A DNA stretch of 64,000 nucleotides, taken from NCBI GenBank assembly GCA_043228905.1, contig JBHGNT010000013.1:16740001-16804000 (forward strand). The letters are read 5' to 3'. This DNA is from Azolla caroliniana. Lineage: Eukaryota; Plantae; Polypodiophyta. Of the stretch, positions 21,490-31,002 are shown piece by piece. The notes beneath the pieces were generated by a model. It saw only the letters and a program-made list of their open reading frames with translations. It did not search any database and had not been told where the DNA came from. Both the position numbers and the translations under genes were made by a program. Position 1 is the first letter of the stretch, and each line of letters opens with the position of its first letter.

Positions 21490-24400
21490 TTCTGGTTCGA
21501 GAAAACTAGTCCAGGTTCCGGTTCTTCGTCCATCGATTCGTCCTCCGTTTCGGACTGTTCGTCGTCGTTGTCCAGGCCTCTTAGATCCGGTTCGCCGTCG
21601 TGGCGCTTTTTGAACGATTTGATCCGCTTCCCTGCCACCGGTATTGCCATCCTCGTACTGTGGAGTTCCGCTAGGTGATACGTCCCGTTGTTGTTGGCAC
21701 TCGTTACCACGTAAGGCCCGAACCACCGCTTCGCAAACTTCCGTGTTGCTCGGTGCTGGGTGTCAAGGCTACTATCGTAGACTAGCACCTAGTCGCCTTC
21801 CTCGATTTTCTTTGGTCGGAGCCGGTGCGTTCAGTCGAACCGGCCTTTGTTCTTCATCCTCGCCGTCCGAAGTCTCTCCGCCGCTCGTTCCATGTCCTCT
21901 GGCCTCCGCTCGAGCTGCCGTATACGCGCCGCTAGCAATTCTTCCCGACCCATCTCGTCTCTCCAGTCTATTGTCGCCCAAGAGGAGATCGTCCGTTCCA
22001 TCGGCATGATCGGCTTCTGTCCAAACATGAGCTCTGACGGCATGAACACGGTTACCGAACTGTGCGTTGTCCGGTCCGCCCACAAAGCATAGGGTAACAG
22101 TCGTGGCCAGTTCCCGACCTGGCCTTCGCATGCCCGGACTAGCGCTTTGACGATCAGTCCGTGTCCGCGCTCCACCTTCCCGTTCGCCTCCGGATTGTAC
22201 GTTGTGGTGAGCGTGAGCTTGACCCCTAACCGGTCGAACAGCTCCTCGGCCTCTTCAGCGTCCAACTCCCCGCAGTCAGCCACGATCTTCCCGACGCACC
22301 CGTACTGGCATATCACGTCCTCGATCAGGAACTGACACACGGCCGCAGTCGTTTTGTTCTGCAAGGCTCGACCTTCCACCTAGTTCGTCAGGTCCTCCCG
22401 GGCCAGCACCAGATATCGCATCTGCCCTACACCCATCGGCATCGTCACCAAATCTACCATCCATTTGAAATGGATGGCCGGAGGGTAAGTAGGGTGAAGC
22501 TCGTCCCGAGGTCGGACTATGGAATGCATCTCACAGCTCTCACAAGTTGTCACGAACCGATGCACGTCCCGGTACAGCCCCGACCACCAGTATTTCCCCT
22601 TTAGTTTCTTGAACGTGGCCCACGTCCCATGGTGTCCAGCCCAGGGGCTGTCGTGGTAGGCCTTCAGCAACTCCTCCTGTTCCTCCTTCATCGCCACTAC
22701 TCAGAGCGGGATGTTGTTTGTCTTCTTTGGGTGCTTCCACAAGTAGCTGTCCCGGAGAAAGAATCGGTACGCTTTCTTCCGGATCCGGTTGGCCTCGTCC
22801 CTTGTCCATGACGCGCCTGGCGTCATCGTCCTTAAGAATCCTCCAATCTGCAGCCACTCCCCATCGTACTTGCTCTCGTTAAAATCGTTAAGCGCCGGAG
22901 TGCTCCCCCCCTCGGTTATTACGTAAGCCGCCTCGAAGAAGTCCACGCCGACTTCCTCGTCCTCCGAAACCATGCCGCCCTCGTCGTTGAATCGCGCCCT
23001 CGAAAGCATGTCGGCCATGGCATTGTCTTTCCCGGAAATGTGTCGTATTTCCGGATCCATGGACTTGATGTACGCTATCCACCTAAGCATTGCCAGGTCC
23101 GGGGTTGCGCATCCGGAAACCATGCCGAGAATCGGCAGTCAGTCCGTCTCGATAATCACCTCTGTCCCGATCAGATAGTCTTTATCGGCCTTCACCGCCG
23201 AAACGATACCCCAGAGTTCGCGTTTAACCTGGGCGTATCCTCGTTGTCGCTCACTGAGGACCTTCACACCGAACCGGATTGGGAACCGAATGTCGTCCTC
23301 ATCTTCTTGGTTGACAACCCATCCGATCCCGGTCGGACTTGTATCTACCGTTATGTAGATGGGAGTGCCTTTCTTGTAGACAGCTTTCCAGAGTGCCGGA
23401 GCTGCAGCAAGAGCCTCCTTCATCTTTCGGACCGACTCCGTATGCTCGACTCGCCACTCGAATTTTCGCCCCTTTTTCAGCAACCCGTATAGCGGCTCGG
23501 CAACGTGGGCGTAATGCGGGATCCATATGTGGTAGAACGCGCATGCTCCCAAGAACCTTCGTACCTCCGTGACCGAGTTACAGTCGGGCTTCATTGCAAA
23601 GATGGCTTCCACCTTAGCCGGAGACGGTTTCCGGCCATACGGTCCGCATAGATGTCCGACGACCATGATCTCTGATTGCCCGAAGGCCGATTTCTCCCTG
23701 GAGAAGGTGAGCCTCGCGTCCTCTAGCCTCTGCAGCACCCTCTCGCAGTCGTCAATGTGTGTCGCCACGAATCTCCGGCATCCGTCCGGTCCGATCGTTT
23801 CGTCCTTTTCCTCCATCGGACATCCCTTGATCGGGATGTCGTCCAAGAATGGCATGGTAATGTCCGGGATACAATCCCTTAGCACGTTGTTCATCGCATT
23901 CACCATGTGGGCCACCGAGTTCGTCCCTCCTTGTGGCAGGGTACACATCCGCACTAGGCCGAGAGGAGTCGGCATCGTCGTGATGTCTCTGCTCTCTACG
24001 GCTAGTTGGAACTTATCGTACCCCGAGTACAGATCACTGACCGAGTAGATCAACCTTCCGGAAAAGGCCTCCGCGAACTCGTCTATCGTTGGTCCGATTC
24101 CTGCGTTCCGAATGGTCACTCTGTTGACCGGTTGCAGGTCTTGAATGAAGCGCAACGTCCCGTTCTTCTTCGGTACGGTAAACCACCAGTTCGAGTACGG
24201 GGCACTCGACGGTTCGAGGATGCCCATATCGATTTTCTGCCTCAACAGCTCCATCAGCTCCGGGATGTGAGCTCTTGGTACCGGAATTGGTTTGAGATTC
24301 CACGGCACATACGGTACCGTGAATATCACCATCGGCTTCACGATTGTCGGGTCTACGCACCTGATCTATCCCCGTGAGAATGCGAAGGCTTTCCCATGCC

Positions 24401-24990
24401 TTTCGAGCATTCTCCGAAACTGGTCTTCTTCTGACGACAGTAGGAAACCGCCCCCACCGATTTTTAGCTCCCGTAGCGTTTTGTCGGTGATGGTGTGTCC
24501 TATGCAGGCCGGATCTCGTAAACTAGGGTCCGACGCGACCCCCTTGATTCGCAACTCGCTACCCTCCGGTAAGGGTGCCGTGACTGGCCTTACCTTCCGG
24601 TCCACAGTCTTGTACTTCGTGTTAACCCGGGCCGTCCGATCCGACTTGAGCCCCTGACTGAAGTCCGCAATGACTTCGTACATCTCTTCTGAACAAACCG
24701 GTATCGTCCGGTCCTCTTTAAGGCCTTCTCCGACCACCTCTCGCAGTATTCCCAAGGTATCGTCGAAGGAGACCGCCTCCACGGCTCCGTGATTTCCTCG
24801 CTGGGACCGAGAACTCCGCACGCCTGAAGTCGCTCTTCCGCCCTTGTCTTTTCTCGGCCAACGACGCCGACTATTGCACACCCTCCGTTGTCGGAGAAAC
24901 AAAACTTCCTACTTATGGTACAAGGTTTCTTCGGTTTTCCCGGAGTGTCCAGACTGTCGCGGCCCCACGCCTTGACAGCCCTCTCTAAAA
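21490..24990 (-). pseudogene. Gypsy pol (RT, RNase H, integrase) with several in-frame stops
   Basis: LPQGGTNS, PFLDDIPIKG (RT); TVDTSPTGIG, KRELWG (RNase H); HDSPWAGHH..CESC zinc finger, YNPEANGKVER, WFGPY (integrase). Confidence 0.92.
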
Positions 24991-25466
24991 ATCCTCTCGG
25001 TTCTCGCCACCGAGGGACTTGCGGTTTCGCTCGTGGTTCGGTCGCACCGTCAGGAACTGGACCGAATGACGCCCGTCCTGACTCTTGACCCTTGCGTAAG
25101 CTGACCCGTTGTCCAGCACCTTGGTCTCCATCCGCGCTGCCGTAATGTACGGTTCTCCCAGTATGACCGGGTGCGAGGACGTCTCCTGCACAAAGAAGTG
25201 TTGATCTATCTCGACGTCGCCGATCTTGACTCGCACGTTTGGGCAGGCCCCGTGTAGTTCCTCGATGGCGCGCGTCGCCGCCCGTATCTTCCACCCATGC
25301 TTGGTGTTGATCGGCCATTTCCCCTTCTTGTAGAAGTCCATGGACATCAGGTTTATTTCCGAACTGTGGTCCACCAATGCCACCACCGGTTCCTGAACAT
25401 CTCTGATCTTCACCGGGGTTTCTGTGGTCGCTCGGGCCCAATGTGGCCTCGAGTAGTGGCTCTCTG

Positions 25467-25553
25467 TGTTGTAAACAAAGGCCGTCAATGCGGAAGATCA
25501 AGAAGCATTCGATTCTTGTTGAGTACCTGCGTATGACAGTTTCTGAGATAGTG

Positions 25554-25591
<38 letters not shown>

Positions 25592-28500
25592 CACAAAAGA
25601 CTTTCTATTCCATAGAAACAATAATACAACCAACCTTACAAAAAGGTTACAAGGTCACTATATATAGTGACCGACTTAGGGCAACTACCATTTATGCTAA
25701 TTACACAAATGGCCCAAACTTGAGCTATACAAAGGGGATAGTGTGAATACGTCCATTATACACTTGTATTCGACACTCCCCCGTAATGGGCGTATACATG
25801 GGTTATCTAAGATTACAGGTATAAACCTAGGTTCTCGGACATATCAGTTTTGTTCGAGTCGGCAGGGTCCGAAGGCAGAAGACCAGACTGGTCGGGTCGG
25901 AAGAGTTGAAGCCGATCATTAAGGAACTGATGTCGGTTGTCCGAAACCATCCTGCGCTGTGTCCGGCTCTAACCGGACTGGTTTGTCGTTACGCCCATCT
26001 GATGCCGAAGGGACCGAAAGCGGTCTGCCGAAAGACACTTGGTCATTCCATCTGCGACATTGTCGGTTGTGGATATTTTCTCTAGACCGATTTTCCCTGA
26101 AATGACGCAGTCCCGAACGAAGTGATATCGAACGTCGATATGTTTGGAGGCGTTGTGGTGAACCGGATTTCTCGACAAGGCAACAGCACCTTGACTGTCG
26201 CTATAGACAACTAGAGTCGAGTCGTGGTCGACTTGCCGAAACGTGTGCGCCAGCCGGCCGAGCCACAAAGCTTCTTTTGCAGCGTCGGACGCAGCTACAT
26301 ATTCTGCTTCGGTCGTTGAGGTCGCTGTGCACTCCTGAAGTTTCGACTTCCACGAAATTGCTCCATTGCCGAATTTGAAGCAGTATCCGGTTGTTGATTT
26401 CCGACTGTCTATACAGCCGGCGAAGTCCGAGTCGGTGTAACCGACTACGCCTGAGGTTGAGTTCGGACCGAAAAGAATGCCGTGATCTTTTGTGCCAGCC
26501 AGATATTTGAACACATGCTTGACTGCGTTCCAATGCGATCGGCCAAGATTGTGCATAAATCTGCTAACGACTCCTACGGCATGAGAAATATCAGGCCGTG
26601 TCGCGATCATCAGGTACATAAGGGAGCCGACTGCCGGTGCATACGGTACCGACTTCATATCTTCCCCCTCCGGACCGGATGTCGGGCAGTCTCGCTGAGA
26701 GAGCCGAAGATTCATGGGGAGCGGGGTTGAAGCAGATTTGGCTGATTGCATGTTGAAGCGGTCCAAGACACGTCCAATATAGTCGGTCTGAGACAAAAAA
26801 AGATGTCGTTTATCGCGATGCCGACTAATCTTCATGCCAAGGATGTGTCGTGCCGGACCGAGGTCCTTCATGGCAAACTTCAACCGCAGTTGCCGAATGA
26901 GATCGGCAAGTTCGCCCGCGTGGCGTCCAGAAATTAGCATGTCGTCCACGTAAATGATGAGGAAGATGGGTGATCCATCTTGAGCTGTGTTGGTAAAAAG
27001 ACAATGGTCCTCATCACTTTTTGAGAAGCCGATCGATTGGATGAAGTCGTCGAACTTCTTGTACCATTGTCGCGGTGCCTGTTTGAGGCCGTATAGACTC
27101 TTCCTGAGTCGGCAGACTAGATGTTCTTGGCCAGTTGCCACGAAGCCTTTTGGCTGCTCCATATAAATTTCCTCTTCAAGATCACCATGGAGGAAGGTTG
27201 TTTTGACATCTAGCTGAATCAGCTCCAAGTTGTCGGCTGCCACTACGCCGAGTAGAAAACGAAGGGTTGTCATTTTCACCACTGGTGAAAAAATCTCGTC
27301 GAAGTCGACGCCATATTCTTGTCGGAAGCCCTTCGCAACTAATCTGGCCTTGTACTTTGGGGTGGTCGAATCAGACGTCTCTTTTAGTCGATAAACCCAC
27401 TTGCAAGGAAGAGCACGTCGATTCTTAGGTAGTTCGACCAGATCCCAAGTCTTGTTTGCCCGAATGGAGTGCATTTCCGACTCCATCGCCAGATGCCAGG
27501 TGGCTGAATCGACAGATGTCGATGCTTCTTCGTAAGACGTCGGTTCGCCGGCGTCGGTGAAGAAAATTCCAGGAGAATACCTCTTCGGAGGTTGCGACAG
27601 TCTCTCGGATCGTCGAGGTATGATTGGACTGGTCGCATCGGGTATCGAGGTCGGATGGTCCGAAAGCGAATCATTCGGCTGTGCCGAGTCAGAGTTGTCC
27701 GAGTCGGTAGTGTAAGGTTCAGCTACCCGTGAAGCTGACCGTGTGTTAAGAGCGGGGCCTTCTTGAAGGGTCGGCACATCGGAAAATGTTACCCTTCGGA
27801 CTTCAATCGGTTTTTCGACTGATGGATTCATAGCCGACTCGTTGAACACAACGTCCGAACTTCGAACGATTTGTCTGCGTTCGGGGTCCCAGAGTCGGTA
27901 TCCCATTTCGCCGTCTGATCCATATCCAAGGAAAATGCATTTCCTGGACCGAGGTGCAAGTTTTCGGTGATCATCTTTCGGAATAAGGGCGTACGCCTCG
28001 CATCCGAAGATCCTCAGCTTGTCGTAATTCGGCTTACTGCCGATCCATAGTTCCTGAGGAATTTGAAGTCCTAGAGGTCTACTTGGCGACATATTGATTA
28101 TGTGTACTGCCGTGAGTAGAGCCTCTGCCCAGAAGCCATCCGACAGTCCGGAGTGTTGGAGCATGGAAACTATCCGTTCTTGGATTGTCCGATTCATTCG
28201 TTCTGCAATCCCGTTTTGCTCCGAACTGTGTGGTGCCGTAAATTCACGTCGGATGCCGCATTGTCGGCAGAATTTGACGAATTCTTCGGATTTGAACTCT
28301 CCCCCATTGTCAGTCCGAAAGCATTTCAGTTTTCGGTCAGTTTGATTTTCTACCATAGCGAGCCAATCGGAGAAGATCGAGAAGACACGATCTTTGGTGC
28401 GAATTGGATAAGCCCACACCTTTCGAGTCGAATCGTCAATAAAACTGACGAAGTAAGAGGCACTGCCAAGAGACTGATGCGGCATTGGGCCACAGACGTC

Positions 28501-31002
28501 CGAGTGGACTAGATCGAGAGGTCTCGTTTCTCTTGGTGCTGATGTCGGGTGTGATGCGGCTGCTTGTTTGCCATACTGGCAATGTTCGCAGAATTGATGG
28601 TCGGAGAAGGAGAGTTTAGGGATGTATCCGGCTCTAGATAGGTGCGTAATGCCGGCCTTGCTGAGGTGTCCTAATCTTCTGTGCCATAGTGATGACACAG
28701 GAATATCCACCAAAAACAGGTTACCCTCCCTGAGCGTAACATGTAACGGATACAGTGAGTGTATCTTGGGTCCTCTAGCAAGCAGGAGGTTCCCCCTGTG
28801 GAGTGTCCACCCTCCCGAAGAGAAACCGGCACGAATGCCGTCTTCATCTAGTTGTCCGACTGAGATCAATGGCCTTGAGAGCTCGGGTACATGTCGGACA
28901 TTGTGAAGTACAAGTGTAGAGCCACCTGCAAGGTTGAGCTCTACTGTGCCGATTCCAATGATGTCACAGTGTTGTGAGTTGCCGACTCGAACTGAGTCGG
29001 AGTGACGGATCGTATATTGCCGAAATTGGGATCGATGAGGAGTCACGTGAAATGACGCGCCCGAATCTAAGAGCCATGTGCTCGATTCTTCAGTCGTGAG
29101 CAGAACTTCTGATCCGACTGGATTTTCGATTGATAGTATATTCGGGTCGTTTGGTAGCACATCAGCTGAGAAGCTGACGTAATTGATCTCCTCATGCCGG
29201 CCACTCTTCTTGTCTGATTTCTGAGACTTGTCGTTCTTGTTCTTGAGTGCGCGGCAGTCGGCTTTGATGTGTCCGGGTTTCTTGCAATAGTTGCAGATTC
29301 GATTATCCCGTGACTGGCTCCGTCTTCGCTGATTGTTCGGCTGCCGTGAGGAATCTCTTCCTCGTATGTTCGATCGGTCTGTCGAACCTTGTACTACGTA
29401 GGCGTCGTCTGTTGAGTCTTTGGCGAAAGACTTTCTCCGAGCTGCTTCGGTCAGGATTGCGCTCGTGACTTCGGAGTATTTAACAGTCGTGGTTGACGCG
29501 TTGCACACAGTTGTGACGAAAGTTTCCCATGATGAGGGAAGGCTGCTCATGAGTATCATTGCTCTGAGTTCATCCTCGATTGCCGTCCCCTGAGATGAGA
29601 TTTGGGAGCTTATGCTTTCGTACTCATTTAGATGTGCTTGAACCGAATCAGATTCTTTCATCCGCAAGTTGTAGAGGCGCCGAATAAGAAACATCTTCGT
29701 TGCAGCGACCTTCTTTTCGTAGGTGTCCGACAGTGTTTTCCACAGTTCGAATGCTGTCGTACACGATTGCACCGTAAAGTATACCGATTCCGATAGGTGC
29801 ATCCGAATCGTGGCGCGGACGATTCTGTCCAGCTTCTGCCACTCAATTGGTTTGTATCCTTCTGGAGGTTCTTCATTTTCGATGGGATCGATTTGCCCCT
29901 TGACTATGAGATAGTCCTGCATTTGCTCCTTCCAGAAGTTGAAGTTCGATCCATCGAACTTTCGTAGACTCATTTCTGACGAGCCGGATGTTGATGCCAT
30001 CAAATTTGGTTTCGGTTGACGAAGCTCGGTTCGGAGTTGACTACGAACCTTGTTGGAGTGCAGCCGGTTGGCTCACCCGATATCGTTCTAGTTGGATTTG
30101 GACCCGAGTCGGTTCGGCTTCGGATATATGTGTTGTTGAACTTGCTCGAATTGACTCCGGTAACTTGAGGGACAGAACCGACTGGTCTTCCCGAATGTTG
30201 CCAAGTCGGAGTGAGCCCGGTTCGCTTCCGAATATATATGCCAAATACCGATTATTGAAACCGATTGTCTGGACCGATTCTGCTTCGGGTGACTGCAGCG
30301 ACGAGAGAGACAGATCCAACTGATCCTCCCGAATGTCGATCAGCCGGATGAAGCACGAATTGGGGTTGTTGTCTTGAGACCGATCTGCACCGAGTGGTTA
30401 CAATGAGCGGCGAGCAGCGTTTAATGACCTCTTCGGATGCCGTTTAACCGAGTGGAGCACGATCGTGTCAATGTTGCACAAGGGGATTTCACCTCGAGCG
30501 GTTACGATCACAAGGAACAGAGTACAACCGGCTGGCTTACTCCAAGCGAAGATGATCTAACGCGATGAGATGCAAGCCTCGTTTTTCTTCTTCTTCTCTC
30601 TTCTTCGAATGACGCAGGAAACCGAATGCTGTGCAGGCTGAGACGACGGCCGACAGCGGATTGAAGGACCGAATACTGTGCAGGCTCTGATACCAGATGT
30701 TGTAAACAAAGGCCGTCAATGCGGAAGATCAAGAAGCATTCGATTCTTGTTGAGTACCTGCGTATGACAGTTTCTGAGATAGTGCACAGAGAGAGAGAGA
30801 GAGAGAGAGGGAGGGAGGCACAAAAGACTTTCTATTCCATAGAAACAATAATACAACCAACCTTACAAAAAGGTTACAAGGTCACTATATATAGTGACCG
30901 ACTTAGGGCAACTACCATTTATGCTAATTACACAAATGGCCCAAACTTGAGCTATACAAAGGGGATAGTGTGAATACGTCCATTATACACTTGTATTCGA
31001 CA
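25467..31002 (-). mobile_element. Intact young Ty1/Copia element (Tork/Tnt1-like); LTRs 25467-25775 and 30698-31002
   Basis: LTRs identical outside an AG microsatellite; PBS-Met 30684-30695; PPT from 25776; TSD CTCTG/CTCCG. Confidence 0.96.
25969..30000 (-). CDS. Copia Gag-Pol polyprotein, uninterrupted
   Basis: CNYCKKPGHIKADC; WLLDSGAS protease; HSDVCGP, RTDNGGEF, QNGIAER integrase; YVDD RT; YTDSD..EAEY..DSQ..ADGMTK RNase H. Confidence 0.95.
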   Translation of the reverse strand: MASTSGSSEMSLRKFDGSNFNFWKEQMQDYLIVKGQIDPIENEEPPEGYKPIEWQKLDRIVRATIRMHLSESVYFTVQSCTTAFELWKTLSDTYEKKVAATKMFLIRRLYNLRMKESDSVQAHLNEYESISSQISSQGTAIEDELRAMILMSSLPSSWETFVTTVCNASTTTVKYSEVTSAILTEAARRKSFAKDSTDDAYVVQGSTDRSNIRGRDSSRQPNNQRRRSQSRDNRICNYCKKPGHIKADCRALKNKNDKSQKSDKKSGRHEEINYVSFSADVLPNDPNILSIENPVGSEVLLTTEESSTWLLDSGASFHVTPHRSQFRQYTIRHSDSVRVGNSQHCDIIGIGTVELNLAGGSTLVLHNVRHVPELSRPLISVGQLDEDGIRAGFSSGGWTLHRGNLLLARGPKIHSLYPLHVTLREGNLFLVDIPVSSLWHRRLGHLSKAGITHLSRAGYIPKLSFSDHQFCEHCQYGKQAAASHPTSAPRETRPLDLVHSDVCGPMPHQSLGSASYFVSFIDDSTRKVWAYPIRTKDRVFSIFSDWLAMVENQTDRKLKCFRTDNGGEFKSEEFVKFCRQCGIRREFTAPHSSEQNGIAERMNRTIQERIVSMLQHSGLSDGFWAEALLTAVHIINMSPSRPLGLQIPQELWIGSKPNYDKLRIFGCEAYALIPKDDHRKLAPRSRKCIFLGYGSDGEMGYRLWDPERRQIVRSSDVVFNESAMNPSVEKPIEVRRVTFSDVPTLQEGPALNTRSASRVAEPYTTDSDNSDSAQPNDSLSDHPTSIPDATSPIIPRRSERLSQPPKRYSPGIFFTDAGEPTSYEEASTSVDSATWHLAMESEMHSIRANKTWDLVELPKNRRALPCKWVYRLKETSDSTTPKYKARLVAKGFRQEYGVDFDEIFSPVVKMTTLRFLLGVVAADNLELIQLDVKTTFLHGDLEEEIYMEQPKGFVATGQEHLVCRLRKSLYGLKQAPRQWYKKFDDFIQSIGFSKSDEDHCLFTNTAQDGSPIFLIIYVDDMLISGRHAGELADLIRQLRLKFAMKDLGPARHILGMKISRHRDKRHLFLSQTDYIGRVLDRFNMQSAKSASTPLPMNLRLSQRDCPTSGPEGEDMKSVPYAPAVGSLMYLMIATRPDISHAVGVVSRFMHNLGRSHWNAVKHVFKYLAGTKDHGILFGPNSTSGVVGYTDSDFAGCIDSRKSTTGYCFKFGNGAISWKSKLQECTATSTTEAEYVAASDAAKEALWLGRLAHTFRQVDHDSTLVVYSDSQGAVALSRNPVHHNASKHIDVRYHFVRDCVISGKIGLEKISTTDNVADGMTKCLSADRFRSLRHQMGVTTNQSG

